Assembly (NCBI GenBank): GCA_964496475.1
Contig: CAZBZS010000001.1
Coordinates: 36,512 to 100,511 of the forward strand
Length of the DNA: 64,000 bases
Direction of reading: 5' to 3'
Source of the DNA: an uncultured Chloroflexota bacterium
GTDB taxonomy: Bacteria; Chloroflexota; UBA11872; VXNJ01
Position 1 is the first letter of the stretch; each line of letters starts with the position of its first letter. This document shows, piece by piece, positions 39,611-51,023 of this stretch. A program made the translations under genes and the position numbers. Under the pieces are notes generated by a model, which was given only the letters and a program-made list of their open reading frames with translations, ran no database searches and was not told the DNA's origin.

Positions 39611-41163
39611 GGCGCCTCCACCGTCAGCGGCGCCGGCTCATTAATCTGGCAAAAGGTCGAGCACGCCAATTCTGGATCGAGCTTCGTGAAGTCCATCCGG
39701 TAATGAGCGCCTCGACTCTCCGGCCGGCCGAGGGCGGCGTGAGCGGCGAAAAGCGCGACGAGGTTGAGGTTCGCGTCTTCCACCGCGCCTCGGTTCAAAC
39801 CGGCAAGCGTGCCCATGCCCTCCCCGAGCAGGGTCGCCGCCTCCCTTAATCGCTCGTGATCCCGCAGCATGCCCACATCCTCCCACATCAGCTCGCCTAT
39901 CTCCTCCCTCGTAATCCGGCCGGCTTCCAGATTTTGCGGGGGACCCAACTTCGTCGCCGGCATCGGGTCCGGCCACGCCGCCTCAGGCCCCATCGCGACC
40001 TCCACCACCCGGGACGCGAACACCACCGCTTCGAGGAGCGAGTTGCTAGCCAGTCGATTCGCGCCGTGGACCCCGCTATGGGCCACCTCTCCGCAGGCAT
40101 AAAGCCCGGGTACCGACGTCCGTCCCCACACATCGGTCGCAACTCCGCCGATCAGGTAATGCGCCGCTGGCGCCACCGGCACTCTATCCCGGTCCAGATC
40201 GAGCCCATGACCTCGCAAAGAACGCGCCAGTCCGGGATAACGCTCGCTGGCGACGCCCTCATCAAGCGCGGACGCATCCAGAAACACGGAACCGGGGCCG
40301 GATTCCTCCAGCCGCCACAAAATCGATCGGGACACGACATCGCGGGGAGCCAGCTCGCCGCGGTCGTCGGCGGTCAGCAGGAACCGGCGTCCGAAGCGGT
40401 CCACTATCTTGGCTCCGGCCCCTCGTAGCGCCTCCGAGAGCAACAGCGGGGGCTCACCTGGCACGTCAAGGGCCGTGGGGTGGAACTGGACGAATTCCAG
40501 ACCACTGACCAGGGCGCCAGCGCGGATAGCCGCCGCCACTCCGTCCGCCGTCGCGATCGCCGGGTTGGTTGTCCTTCTATAAAGCATCCCGGCACCACCG
40601 GTAGTCAGCACCACCCGCTCGGCCCGTATTTCCCGAAGCGTGGTCTCGCCCTCCAGCAGCGCGAGCACTCCCCGGCAGCGACCCTCCTCCATGATGAGGT
40701 CTACCACCAGCGCCTGCTCCACGAGTTCGACATCCGCCTCTCGCGCGGCCTGGGTCAACGCCGACTGAATCTCGGCGCCGGTCTCGGCCCCGGCCGCGTG
40801 CAGCACCCGGGCAACCGAGTGCGCCCCTTCCATGCCCCGCAAGAACCCGCCGTCGGCAACGTCGAATCTGACCCCGGTCTCGATCAGCCTTCTGACCGCC
40901 GCCGGACCTTCGTCCACCAGCACCCGCACCACATCTTCGTCGCAAAGCCCGGCCCCGGCGGCGATCGTGTCCCGGAAGTGCAAATCCGGGTCGTCGTCCA
41001 CCCCTGAAGCCACCGCGATTCCGCCCTGGGCATAGTAGGTGTTGGTCTCCATCAGGTCGGACTTCGTGAGCACCATCACCCGCCCATGCACCACCGCCAG
41101 CAGCGCCGTTTGCAGCCCGGCGATGCCGCTGCCCACTATCACGAAATCAAGCGTTTTGGCCAC
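39607..41163 (-). CDS. nadB: L-aspartate oxidase
   Basis: FAD-binding DFVIVGSGIAGL, YAQGGIA, and succinate-dehydrogenase/fumarate-reductase flavoprotein-like domains. 518 aa. Confidence 0.95.
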   Translation of the reverse strand: MAKTLDFVIVGSGIAGLQTALLAVVHGRVMVLTKSDLMETNTYYAQGGIAVASGVDDDPDLHFRDTIAAGAGLCDEDVVRVLVDEGPAAVRRLIETGVRFDVADGGFLRGMEGAHSVARVLHAAGAETGAEIQSALTQAAREADVELVEQALVVDLIMEEGRCRGVLALLEGETTLREIRAERVVLTTGGAGMLYRRTTNPAIATADGVAAAIRAGALVSGLEFVQFHPTALDVPGEPPLLLSEALRGAGAKIVDRFGRRFLLTADDRGELAPRDVVSRSILWRLEESGPGSVFLDASALDEGVASERYPGLARSLRGHGLDLDRDRVPVAPAAHYLIGGVATDVWGRTSVPGLYACGEVAHSGVHGANRLASNSLLEAVVFASRVVEVAMGPEAAWPDPMPATKLGPPQNLEAGRITREEIGELMWEDVGMLRDHERLREAATLLGEGMGTLAGLNRGAVEDANLNLVALFAAHAALGRPESRGAHYRMDFTKLDPELACSTFCQINEPAPLTVEAP

Positions 41164-41187
41164 TAGAGCCCTTGGTTTAACAAGGTG

Positions 41188-42288
41188 CTATCCCGACGCC
41201 CCGTGACCGAGCTGCGCCAGCACCGTCTCCGCCACATCCAGCGATCGGTCGATGTCCGCGCTATCCAGCCATCCCAGATGGCCGATCCGAAACACCGAAT
41301 TTTTGAGATGAGCCAGCCCGCCGCCAAACACGGTGTTGTGCTCACGGCGCGCGATGTCGCGGAATGCCACCGCGTCCACCTGCGGTGGGAGTCTTACCGC
41401 CGTAACCGTATCGGATGCAACTGCTGCATTCGGGAAGAGCGCCAGTCCCATGGCCCTGACCCGCTCGCGCACACGCTCGGCGGTCTCATGGTGCCGGGCG
41501 TAGACGGATTCCATACCTTCAGACTCAAACTGGCTCAGTGCCAGCCGCATTGCGTAGAACACCGGCAAAGCGGGGGTCCAGGGATATTGCCCCCGGTTGG
41601 CGGCGTCGTTCAGCGCCCCCAGATCGAAGTAAAAGCGTGGAAGTCTGGCCGACTGCTGAAATCGCCAAGCGCGCGCACTTACCGCGATCATAGCCAGCCC
41701 TGGCGGCGCCATCCACGCTTTCTGGGAGGCGCTATAGACCACGTCTATTCGCCACTCATCGGTGCGGAGGGGAATCGCCGCGGCGGAGCTCACCGCGTCC
41801 ACAACAACGAGGACATCGCGATCGCCAATGGCCACGCCAATCGCCGCCAGGTCTTCGGTGACTCCGGTGGAGGTTTCGTTGTGGGTGACAAAGAGACCGC
41901 GATGACCGCCGGCGTCCAGCCGGCCGATGATCTCCGCTGGATCGACTCCCGTCCCCCATTCCACGTCCAACACTTCAACATCAAGGCCAAAGGCGTTCGT
42001 GAGCGAGACAGCCCGGTTCGCGAACACTCCTCCACGAACCACCAGCACCCGATCTCCGGCGGAGAAGAAATTGGAGGCAGCCGCTTCCATCGCGCCGGTG
42101 CCGGAGCTGGTCAGGAGGATCACATCGCCTTCCGTGTCCAGCACCTTCATTACGCCACCCCGCACCTCCCGCAAAAGATCGGCGAATTCCTCGCCCCGGT
42201 GATTGATCATCTGACCCGCCGCCGCGATGCGGATGTCATCTGGCAGGGGGGTGGGGCCGGGAATGCGGAGATTTTCTGGGGTCATCAC
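41188..42288 (-). CDS. AGXT-family (class V) pyridoxal-phosphate aminotransferase (alanine--glyoxylate/serine--pyruvate type)
   Basis: PLP-lysine motif SASQKAWMAPPGL (SxSQK). 366 aa. First gene of the nadB-nadC operon. Confidence 0.85.
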   Translation of the reverse strand: MMTPENLRIPGPTPLPDDIRIAAAGQMINHRGEEFADLLREVRGGVMKVLDTEGDVILLTSSGTGAMEAAASNFFSAGDRVLVVRGGVFANRAVSLTNAFGLDVEVLDVEWGTGVDPAEIIGRLDAGGHRGLFVTHNETSTGVTEDLAAIGVAIGDRDVLVVVDAVSSAAAIPLRTDEWRIDVVYSASQKAWMAPPGLAMIAVSARAWRFQQSARLPRFYFDLGALNDAANRGQYPWTPALPVFYAMRLALSQFESEGMESVYARHHETAERVRERVRAMGLALFPNAAVASDTVTAVRLPPQVDAVAFRDIARREHNTVFGGGLAHLKNSVFRIGHLGWLDSADIDRSLDVAETVLAQLGHGASG

Positions 42289-42505
42289 CGTCTAAAATCC
42301 TCACACGCTCTTCGTCGTCCAGACAAGGCGCGCCAAGGCTATTGCAACACCGTCGCGGCGACAAGATGCTCCGGCAAAAGTGGGCGTTCCCACCCGGCTG
42401 GCCGATATCGCTTAGTAAAATCCGTGTTTTCCCGGGGATGCCCACCGGTAAGCGTCCTCCCGTGTGTGCCACCAACCGCCCGGATCGTCGTCAAGGAACG
42501 ATCGT

Positions 42506-43579
42506 TTGTCACTTAGAGCTCAGGCTCTCGCGGGCATCACCTTCGTCGTGGTATTCGCGATGTTCGCCGCATGTTCTCCCGGATCGTCGCCTGCCGGCGT
42601 AGCCACATCCCCGCCGCCGAGTAGCATCCCCGATTCAGATCAGGCCCATACCGAATTACCTGTTATCGAGCAGGCTGTCCAGCTTGAGTTCGAACCCGAC
42701 TGCCCTCTCACTATTCCCGAGCTGGTACGTCGCATCTCGCCTGCCGTCGTCCACATCTCCACCAAAGAAGTCACCGTGAACGCCAGCGGCCGGCCGGTGC
42801 CCGCCGGCGGGGTAGGGACCAGATTTATCATCGACGCCATCGGCCTGGTCGTCACAAACGATCATGTGATCAGCGGGGCAGCCTCCATCCGGGTGACTCT
42901 CACCGACGGCCGTGATGCCGAGGCCGAGTTGATTGGCAGCGACCCGATCTCCGACCTGGCAGTCTTGAGGATCGGTCTCACCGATCTTACGGTCGCCCCC
43001 CTTGGCCGATCCGCCGATTTGCAGGTTGGCGAAACCGTCGTGGCCATCGGTCACGCGCTAGACCTCCCCGGCGGCCCCACCGTGACCGTCGGCGTCGTCA
43101 GCGCCCTCGACCGCACCCTGACCAACGTCGGCCCCGGCGGCGCGACCCTGAGCGATCTCATTCAGACCGACGCGTCCATCAACCCCGGCAATAGCGGAGG
43201 ACCGGTCCTCGACGCCTGTGGTCGAGTCGTCGGCATCAACTCCGCCGACATCCAGGGCATCGAAAATATCGGCTTCGCCATCAGCATCGATGGCACCCGG
43301 GCAATCATTGACGAACTGATCGCCAACGGACGCATCGAACGCGGATTCCTGAGCGTCGTCAGCGCGACCGTGACCCGCGGCATAGCCCGCCGTTTCGAGC
43401 TTCCGGCCAGCGCCGGGGTATTCATCGATCGAATCTCCCCCGGGAGCGCGGCCGAGGCTGGCGGACTCCGCCCCGGAGACATGATCATCGGGCTGGCCGG
43501 CGACTCAATTGACGATCAGGGAGAACGGAGTCGGACCCTCTCACGGAAGAAAAGGGGGTCAGCGGGGGGAGGAATATAA
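42506..43579 (+). CDS. S1C (HtrA/DegP-like) trypsin-family serine protease lipoprotein with a short PDZ-like C-terminus
   Basis: TTG start gives MSLRAQALAGITFVVVFAMFAACS (lipobox-like). Catalytic triad context TNDHV...D...GNSGGPVLD. The PDZ-like GLRPGDMIIGLAGDSI region ends early. Confidence 0.85.
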   Translation: MSLRAQALAGITFVVVFAMFAACSPGSSPAGVATSPPPSSIPDSDQAHTELPVIEQAVQLEFEPDCPLTIPELVRRISPAVVHISTKEVTVNASGRPVPAGGVGTRFIIDAIGLVVTNDHVISGAASIRVTLTDGRDAEAELIGSDPISDLAVLRIGLTDLTVAPLGRSADLQVGETVVAIGHALDLPGGPTVTVGVVSALDRTLTNVGPGGATLSDLIQTDASINPGNSGGPVLDACGRVVGINSADIQGIENIGFAISIDGTRAIIDELIANGRIERGFLSVVSATVTRGIARRFELPASAGVFIDRISPGSAAEAGGLRPGDMIIGLAGDSIDDQGERSRTLSRKKRGSAGGGI

Positions 43580-43669
43580 GTCCGCGGGGACGAGGCCGGG
43601 CCATAGACGACCACGGTGGTTCTCGGCACCCGACCCGGCTAACACCAGCGCTCGCTCCCGGGAGGCACC

Positions 43670-44647
<978 letters not shown>

Positions 44648-44706
44648 TGGATTAGGAAGCCTCCGCTTGGCAGCCGTCTCGGTCTTCAATTGGACGGGCG
44701 AGGCCC

Positions 44707-45945
44707 GTGGCTAGCCTGTTCGCGGTCGGAGGGCTGCTCCTGGTGACCGCCTTTCTTACCGGCATCGGCGTGTTCTACCTGCTCTTCTACCTTGTGCTGG
44801 GAATCCATCTGCTGGGCTGGTTTTGGATTCGCACGATTCGCCGCGGTTTATCTGTCGAGCGCAACCTTCTGGACCGGGTGTTCATCGGCGAGACGATTCC
44901 GGTCACGGTAAGGGTTCACAACCGGTCGCTGCTACCGGTTCCGTGGATCAGCCTCTGGGAATCGCTGCCCCGCGAACTCTCCAGCCAGGGCGTATTGAAA
45001 CGGGTCACTTCGCTGGCGCCGCGATCCGAGACCGCCGTGGAATACGAGCTGACGGCCCGCCGTCGCGGGTACTACCCGGTGGGCCCGATCGACCTGCAAT
45101 ACGGGGATGTTTTCGGATTTCGCCAGGAGTATCTTTGGCACGAGGAGCCGACCATGGTCATCGTGTACCCCACGGTCGTTCCCATCTCCCGCCTAGGATT
45201 GCCCTCCACAACCCCGCTGGGCACCGAAAAATCGTCGCGCATCCTCTACCAGGACCCTTCCCGGGTGATTGGCGCCCGCGAGTATCAGCCCTCCGACAGC
45301 CCCCGCATGATCAACTGGAAGGTCTCGGCCGCGCGGGGAGAGCTGTTCGTCAGGCAGGTCGAACCGGCGGTGAGCCACGAGGTGTTGATCCTGCTGGATC
45401 TTAGTCCGGCCGGCTACTCGCAGCGATGGATCAATTATTCCAGCGAACTGTCGGTCACCGTCGCGGCCTCATTCGCCGCCCATCTGATCGAAAAACGCCA
45501 GTCCGTTGGCCTCGCCGTCAACGGTATCGACCAGGTCGCCACGGGCGGGCAGATGCTTTCCCCGGCGCTGGTGGACCTATTTCGGGCGGAGCGCTCGCCC
45601 TTCGTGGCCGTGGGAAGGGGCAGGCGCCACCTGATGCTGATCCTGGAACTGCTGGCGCGGGTGGGCCTGTTGACCGGAGCCGACATGCAACGTCTGCTGC
45701 ACCACGAGGCCGCCCGGTTGCCCTGGGGATCAACCCTGGTGGTAGTTACAGGTAAATCCGATCCCACCCTGTTGGCCACCCTGCAGGGCCGCCGGCGAGC
45801 CGGACACAACGTGCTGGCCGTTTTCACCGATACCGACGAGTCCCGAAACTCGGTCGCCGCCGCCCGCGCCGCCGGAATCGCCGCCCGCTCGATCACCGAT
45901 AGAGAGCAAATAGATGTCGCGCCCGGTATCGCCACAGTCTCGTAG
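44707..45945 (+). CDS. DUF58 domain protein (VWA-like MoxR partner)
   Basis: N-terminal 2-TM segment then a DUF58 core (ARRRGYYPVGPIDLQYGDVFGF...REYQPSDSPRMINWKVSAARGELFVRQ). Confidence 0.9.
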   Translation: MASLFAVGGLLLVTAFLTGIGVFYLLFYLVLGIHLLGWFWIRTIRRGLSVERNLLDRVFIGETIPVTVRVHNRSLLPVPWISLWESLPRELSSQGVLKRVTSLAPRSETAVEYELTARRRGYYPVGPIDLQYGDVFGFRQEYLWHEEPTMVIVYPTVVPISRLGLPSTTPLGTEKSSRILYQDPSRVIGAREYQPSDSPRMINWKVSAARGELFVRQVEPAVSHEVLILLDLSPAGYSQRWINYSSELSVTVAASFAAHLIEKRQSVGLAVNGIDQVATGGQMLSPALVDLFRAERSPFVAVGRGRRHLMLILELLARVGLLTGADMQRLLHHEAARLPWGSTLVVVTGKSDPTLLATLQGRRRAGHNVLAVFTDTDESRNSVAAARAAGIAARSITDREQIDVAPGIATVS

Positions 45946-47518
45946 CCGACTTACCCTCTTTCTGATCGTTACCTTCGGCTATGCCCTGGTCGCACTCGGC
46001 GTGGTATTTCTGAGTCACCAGTTCGGCCTTCCCGCCATGCGCTCAGCAGCCAGTTTCGCGGCCCTCGTTTCCAGCTTCGCAATCCGCACCTACCTGGGTT
46101 GCGTGCGGCCAAAGCGCCCATCTGACCAGATTTCCTGGCGAGACTGGTTCGTTTTCGCCCTCCCGGCCATCCTGATCGTGCGACTCACCGGTATCGTCGA
46201 CGAAGGCACCGCCGAGGAGTACGAAAACTGGTATTCCTCCCTGCACGTGATCATTCTGGACATGCCGACCTTCATCCTTCTCCTCCTCATGATCGGCACC
46301 TGGATGACCGGCGCTCTGGTCGCCGAGCAGGTTGACGCCCTTCATCCCCGCTCAATCGACGCCCGCGCTTCAGATCGATCAGATCTCGATGGGGATGCCT
46401 CAACCGGATTGGAACGCCAGAACCGGGCCGTGGCCATGATGTGGCTGGACCGCGTCGGAGCCGGCGGTGCGGGCATTCTTATCGTCTTTTCCGGCATCCT
46501 TGTTGCCGCTCCGCCATACGTCGGGGTACCGGCCGCTATCCCGGCCGGTATCGTGCTTGTCGCCCTGTTGTTCTATTTTGTAACAATTTTGTTACTGCAT
46601 AGTTACGCCAGCTTCGTTCGTCGCCAAACCAACTGGGATTTGGACCACGCTCCGCAATCACCCGGTATCGCCTCCAACTGGCTGCGTTCCACGACGTTGA
46701 TCCTTGGAGTGGGCCTCCTTCTCGTCGCCTTTCTCCCCAGATTCCCCGCGCCCGACCTGAGCGACGGAGTCAGGCCATTTGTCATCATTGGCCAGGTCGT
46801 GCTCGGAATCCTTATATTGCCTTTTGTCGCTTTTGCGTACTTATTGAAACTTTTCTTCTCATTATTCCGAGGGGACGGAGAGGGCAGCGAAACTCCGATC
46901 GCGCCCAGACCGACCGTGCCTCTTACGTCGGGAAGCGAAAGCGACTGGTTGCCGTTCTTCCAATCGGCCGCCCTCTGGTTCGTGCTGGCGCTCATGATGT
47001 ATTTGATCATTCGTCGCCTCCGCAACCGGCGGGCGCCGGTGCCGGTGCTGGAGCCGGTCCTCGTGGCGCTGGCCGCGATTTTCCTCCTACCGGGACTGCT
47101 GCTCGCCGCGATCCGCGGCTTCCTCAGTCTGGCCGGAGAGGCCGTGGTGGAGGCCGCCGGTGCCACCCGCGCCGGGTTATCCCGCCTGCGCCGACCGCTC
47201 GTCTCCCGTGGAAAAGCCGTCGAGCCCGAGCCGCTTACCAATCGAGACCGGGTCTGGCGTAGCTATCGGGCCGTTCTCCAGGCCGCCGCCGCCGCCGGCC
47301 ACGAGCGCCTTCCCGATCAGACCGCCGACGAATTCCGCTATGCTCTCGAACCGCATCTCGGGGAGACCCGCCTCAGTCTCCGTGCCATCACCGGCATTTT
47401 CGTCCGGGCCCGCTACTCAAACGCCGCGGTCGGCCATGACGGCGTCCAGCGCGCCCGCGACAGCGGCGACCGGGTCGTGCGATCTCTGCAACAATCGGAC
47501 CATGCAGGATCTGTTTGA
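45914..47518 (+). CDS. Polytopic membrane protein with C-terminal DUF4129-like domain
   Basis: About 9 TM helices, then a cytoplasmic tail ...TADEFRYALEPHLGETRLSLRAITGIFVRARYSN that resembles DUF4129, the third component of MoxR/DUF58 operons. Confidence 0.65.
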   Translation: MSRPVSPQSRSRLTLFLIVTFGYALVALGVVFLSHQFGLPAMRSAASFAALVSSFAIRTYLGCVRPKRPSDQISWRDWFVFALPAILIVRLTGIVDEGTAEEYENWYSSLHVIILDMPTFILLLLMIGTWMTGALVAEQVDALHPRSIDARASDRSDLDGDASTGLERQNRAVAMMWLDRVGAGGAGILIVFSGILVAAPPYVGVPAAIPAGIVLVALLFYFVTILLLHSYASFVRRQTNWDLDHAPQSPGIASNWLRSTTLILGVGLLLVAFLPRFPAPDLSDGVRPFVIIGQVVLGILILPFVAFAYLLKLFFSLFRGDGEGSETPIAPRPTVPLTSGSESDWLPFFQSAALWFVLALMMYLIIRRLRNRRAPVPVLEPVLVALAAIFLLPGLLLAAIRGFLSLAGEAVVEAAGATRAGLSRLRRPLVSRGKAVEPEPLTNRDRVWRSYRAVLQAAAAAGHERLPDQTADEFRYALEPHLGETRLSLRAITGIFVRARYSNAAVGHDGVQRARDSGDRVVRSLQQSDHAGSV

Positions 47519-48866
47519 CCACGCCGCCGCGGATCGCCGAGCAGCGCAGGCGCCGCTCGCCGCCCGGATGCGCCCGCTCTCGCTGGACCGGTTTCTCGGC
47601 CAGGAGCACATCGTCGGCGAGAACGCCCCGCTCGGTGCCGCGCTGCGCCATGATCGCCTCTGGTCGGTGATCCTCTGGGGGCCACCCGGCACCGGCAAGA
47701 CCACCCTCGCCACCATCGCCGCCACCATGACGGCAAGCCGTTTCATCGCCATCAGCGCCGTGACCGCTGGCGTGAAGGACATCCGCCAGGCCGTCGCCGC
47801 CGCCCGTGAGGAGCAGCGCCTCTACCAGCGCCGCACCCTGCTCTTTATAGACGAGGTGCATCGCTTCAACAAGGCCCAGCAAGATGCGCTGTTACCGCAC
47901 GTCGAGGACGGCACCGTAATTCTCTGGGGAGCGACCACGGAGAACCCGTACTTCGACGTGATCGCTCCGCTCTTGAGTCGAGTGCGAGTCCTGCAACTAG
48001 AGCCTTTGGGCATCGACGAACTGCGGCTGATCCTGGGGAACGCTCTGACCGACGCGGAAGCAGGTCTGGGATTCCTCAACCTCGCGCTGGCGGAAGACGC
48101 CTTCGACTTCATCGTCGAGCGCTGCAACGGTGACTCCCGCGTAGCGTTGAACTGGCTGGAGGCGGTGGCGGAACTGGCGCAGATCGAGGGATTCAGCGAG
48201 ATCTCCGTCGAGTCGATCGAGCGGGCGATGCTCCAACGACAGATCCAGTACGACCGCGACGCCGATCACCACTACGACACGATTTCGGCCTTCATCAAGA
48301 GCATCCGCGGTTCCGATCCGGACGGGGCTATCTTCTGGCTGGCCAAGATGGTGGAGGCCGGCGAGGCCCCCGAATTCATCGCCCGCCGGCTGCTCATCTC
48401 GGCTTCCGAAGATGTGGGCAACGCCGACCCGCAGGCGCTGCCGCTGGCGCTGGCAGCCTATCAGGCGGTGGAGCGCTTGGGGCTGCCGGAGGCGACCTTC
48501 CCGCTAGCGCAGGCCACCCTGTACCTGGCCAGCGCTCCCAAGAGCAATTCCGCCGGAACCGCCCTGTCCGTCGCCCGCCAGGCGATTAAGGGCGGTGCTG
48601 ATGTCACCGTTCCCCTGCATCTGCGCAACGAAGCCTTCTCTGCCGCAGCGGAGCTGGGCCACGGCCGGGGCTACAAATACGCCCACGACTTCCCCGGCCA
48701 TTTCGTGGAGCAGGAACACTTGCCGGAATCGGAGCGGCAGCGCCGCTTCTATCGGCCGTCTGGTACCGGGGCCGAGGTCGACGGCGCCCGTCGGCTGCGG
48801 GAGTGGTGGGGTGAGCGTTACCGCGATCCGCCCGACGACCGGGAAACGGGCGACCCGCCCCCCTGA
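47502..48866 (+). CDS. rarA: Replication-associated recombination protein A (AAA+ ATPase, MgsA/WRNIP family)
   Basis: ATG at 47502 gives MQDLFDHAAADRRAAQAPLAARMRPLSLDRFLGQEHIVGENAPL, Walker A GPPGTGKTT, and the MgsA C-terminal helical domain. The ORF-track extension to 47160 is spurious. Overlaps the upstream gene by 17 nt. Confidence 0.9.
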   Translation: MQDLFDHAAADRRAAQAPLAARMRPLSLDRFLGQEHIVGENAPLGAALRHDRLWSVILWGPPGTGKTTLATIAATMTASRFIAISAVTAGVKDIRQAVAAAREEQRLYQRRTLLFIDEVHRFNKAQQDALLPHVEDGTVILWGATTENPYFDVIAPLLSRVRVLQLEPLGIDELRLILGNALTDAEAGLGFLNLALAEDAFDFIVERCNGDSRVALNWLEAVAELAQIEGFSEISVESIERAMLQRQIQYDRDADHHYDTISAFIKSIRGSDPDGAIFWLAKMVEAGEAPEFIARRLLISASEDVGNADPQALPLALAAYQAVERLGLPEATFPLAQATLYLASAPKSNSAGTALSVARQAIKGGADVTVPLHLRNEAFSAAAELGHGRGYKYAHDFPGHFVEQEHLPESERQRRFYRPSGTGAEVDGARRLREWWGERYRDPPDDRETGDPPP

Positions 48867-48900
48867 TCAAGGCCCAGACAACCGCGGCCCATCGGGCTCT

Positions 48901-49452
48901 TCAGCGCGGCGGTCTGGCCCTCGTCTGCGCCACCGGAGTTTTGCCAAAATACCGCTTCAGAGTCGGCTTGAAGGCAGCCTGCTGGATGTGATTCATGAAG
49001 AGATCGACCTTGATGGGCCGGTCGCCCTTGCCTTCGAACCGAATCCTCCCCGGCCCCAGTCCGTACCGCGCGAATTCGTCCCACTGATAGAGCCGCCCGT
49101 TTTCAAGCGCGAAGCCCTCGGTGGTAAAGACATACCTTGTCGGCATCACCACCACCACCACGATGCCCACGAGAATGAACATCTCGCCGAGGCCATCTTC
49201 GGTGAGGCGAAGATTGGCGAGCGTCTCGGAGCCGATAATACGTCCGACCAGGAACAGATTGCTGATGCCCAGCGCGATCATCACGTACCTGCTGTGAACC
49301 AGCAGCTTTTGCATATAAGTAAGCCGCGTATCGTGTACCTGTTGGCCTGGAGGGCGGCGATTAAACGGTGCCCATACACGATTGAACATCATCGCCACCG
49401 CAAACAGTGCCACGACCAGCAAGATGAGCGAAGGAATTCTCTCGCTCGGCAT
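48901..49452 (-). CDS. Hypothetical membrane protein
   Basis: Probable start MPSERIPSLILLVVALFAVAMMF. 3-4 TM helices. Lower GC. The ORF-track extension to 49581 overlaps yebC. Confidence 0.5.
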   Translation of the reverse strand: MPSERIPSLILLVVALFAVAMMFNRVWAPFNRRPPGQQVHDTRLTYMQKLLVHSRYVMIALGISNLFLVGRIIGSETLANLRLTEDGLGEMFILVGIVVVVVMPTRYVFTTEGFALENGRLYQWDEFARYGLGPGRIRFEGKGDRPIKVDLFMNHIQQAAFKPTLKRYFGKTPVAQTRARPPR

Positions 49453-49569
49453 ACTTGACCTTTCGTGATCTGCACGGCGTTCCGCAGCCACCCACGCGAC
49501 GCGGTACAGTAGAATCCGAATAGAGAATAACCTGAGCAGCCCTCTGATCGCAGTCGCCAGGAGCGCCGT

Positions 49570-50322
49570 ATGTCCGGACACTCCAAATGGTCCACGATCA
49601 AGCGGGCCAAGGCCTCCACCGACGCCAAGCGAGGCCAGTTGTTTTCCAAGCTGGGCGGCGAAATCGCCGTCGCCGCGCGGATGGGCGGGCCTGACCTCGA
49701 ATCCAATTACCGGCTCAAGATGAGCGTGCAGCGCGCACGCGCCGCCAACATGCCCGCCTCCAACATCGACCGTGCCATCCAGCGCGGCGCCGGCGGCACG
49801 AACGAGAACGATCTATTCGAACTCACCTACGAAGGCTACGGCCCCGGCGGAGTGGCGATTTTCATTGATGTCATCACCGACAACCGCAACCGTTCCGTAG
49901 CCCAGGTCCGCAACGTGCTGGACACCTCCGGCGGCCACCTCGCCGACAGCGGCAGCGTCGCCTGGCTGTTCGAGCCTCGTGGGGAGATCAGCCTCCCGCT
50001 GGGCGACCTCGATTTCGACGACATCTTCATGGCCGCTGTCGACGCCGGCGCCGAGGACGTCGAAGAGGAAGAAGGCACCGTGTTCGTGTGGACCCGCCCG
50101 GACCGGCTCGACGCGGTGAGACAGGAGCTCGCTGGCGCGGGTATCGAGGTTGAGAAAGCGGAACTGGGTCGGCTCGCCACCTCCCCCCTCGATCTCGAAG
50201 AACGCCAGGCGGTGCAGGTGTTGCGGCTGGTCGAGAAGCTGGAAGACCTCGACGACGTGCGCAAGGTGGACACCAATCTCAATCTTGGCGAAGAAATCGT
50301 TGAAGCCTACGCCACCGCCTAG
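49570..50322 (+). CDS. YebC/PmpR-family transcriptional regulator
   Basis: MSGHSKWSTIKRAKASTDAKRGQLFSKL canonical N-terminus. 250 aa. Confidence 0.95.
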   Translation: MSGHSKWSTIKRAKASTDAKRGQLFSKLGGEIAVAARMGGPDLESNYRLKMSVQRARAANMPASNIDRAIQRGAGGTNENDLFELTYEGYGPGGVAIFIDVITDNRNRSVAQVRNVLDTSGGHLADSGSVAWLFEPRGEISLPLGDLDFDDIFMAAVDAGAEDVEEEEGTVFVWTRPDRLDAVRQELAGAGIEVEKAELGRLATSPLDLEERQAVQVLRLVEKLEDLDDVRKVDTNLNLGEEIVEAYATA

Positions 50323-50426
50323 ATGCTGAGACCGGCGCCCTACCGCCGCGATCGCCGTCGATTCCCGCCAGACGGCGGCTTTTTCACCACCGACCCCACG
50401 ACCCATCACCCGGAACGACGACGCCC

Positions 50427-51005
50427 ATGATCGCCCGCATCCAAGGTGAGGTAGTGGCCGCGGGAACCGACTGGCTCGAAATTCGCCCCGAAGGCGTAGG
50501 ACTCGTCTTGCGCGCCAGCGTGGTCGAGAGCACCGCCGGCCGCTACGCCGCCGGCGGCCAAGCCATCACCCTGCACACCCACCTGCACGCGTCCGACGAC
50601 GGGCCCGGCCTCTTCGGATTCAAATCGTCTCACGAGCTTGAGGTCTTCCGGGCACTGATCCGGGTCTCGGGCGTGGGTCCGCGGCTGGGCATCCGCGTTC
50701 TCTCGGCTCTAAGCCCCGACCGCCTGATCGCGGCCATTAACGACGAGAGTGTCAAAATCCTGCAATCGGTCTCTGGAGTGGGCGCGCGCACCGCCGGTCG
50801 CCTCGTATTGGAGCTAAAAGGAAAACTCGTGGAATCCGGAGTTGCCGCGAGTCAGCCGGCCGGATCGGAGGAGGCACTGGAGGCGCTCCTGGTGCTCGGC
50901 TACTCAAGGACCGAAGCGCTTGAGGGGATTTCTCAGGCCGTCGAACCCGACATGTCGGTGGAGAACCAGATATCGGCAGCCCTTAGAGCGCTGGCCAGTC
51001 GCTGA
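50427..51005 (+). CDS. ruvA: Holliday junction DNA helicase RuvA
   Basis: MIARIQG start, OB domain, two HhH motifs (LIRVSGVGPRLGIRVL), and C-terminal RuvB-binding domain. Confidence 0.95.
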   Translation: MIARIQGEVVAAGTDWLEIRPEGVGLVLRASVVESTAGRYAAGGQAITLHTHLHASDDGPGLFGFKSSHELEVFRALIRVSGVGPRLGIRVLSALSPDRLIAAINDESVKILQSVSGVGARTAGRLVLELKGKLVESGVAASQPAGSEEALEALLVLGYSRTEALEGISQAVEPDMSVENQISAALRALASR

Positions 51006-51023
51006 TGATTCACCGTTCGCGAC

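Noticed and set aside
39641-41007. Several 110-190-aa ORFs within nadB on both strands
   Set aside because: Alternative-frame artefacts. nadB is intact and full length.
47160-47501. N-terminal 114-codon extension of the rarA ORF
   Set aside because: P/S/A-rich and overlaps the DUF4129 gene. The MgsA homology begins at the ATG at 47502.
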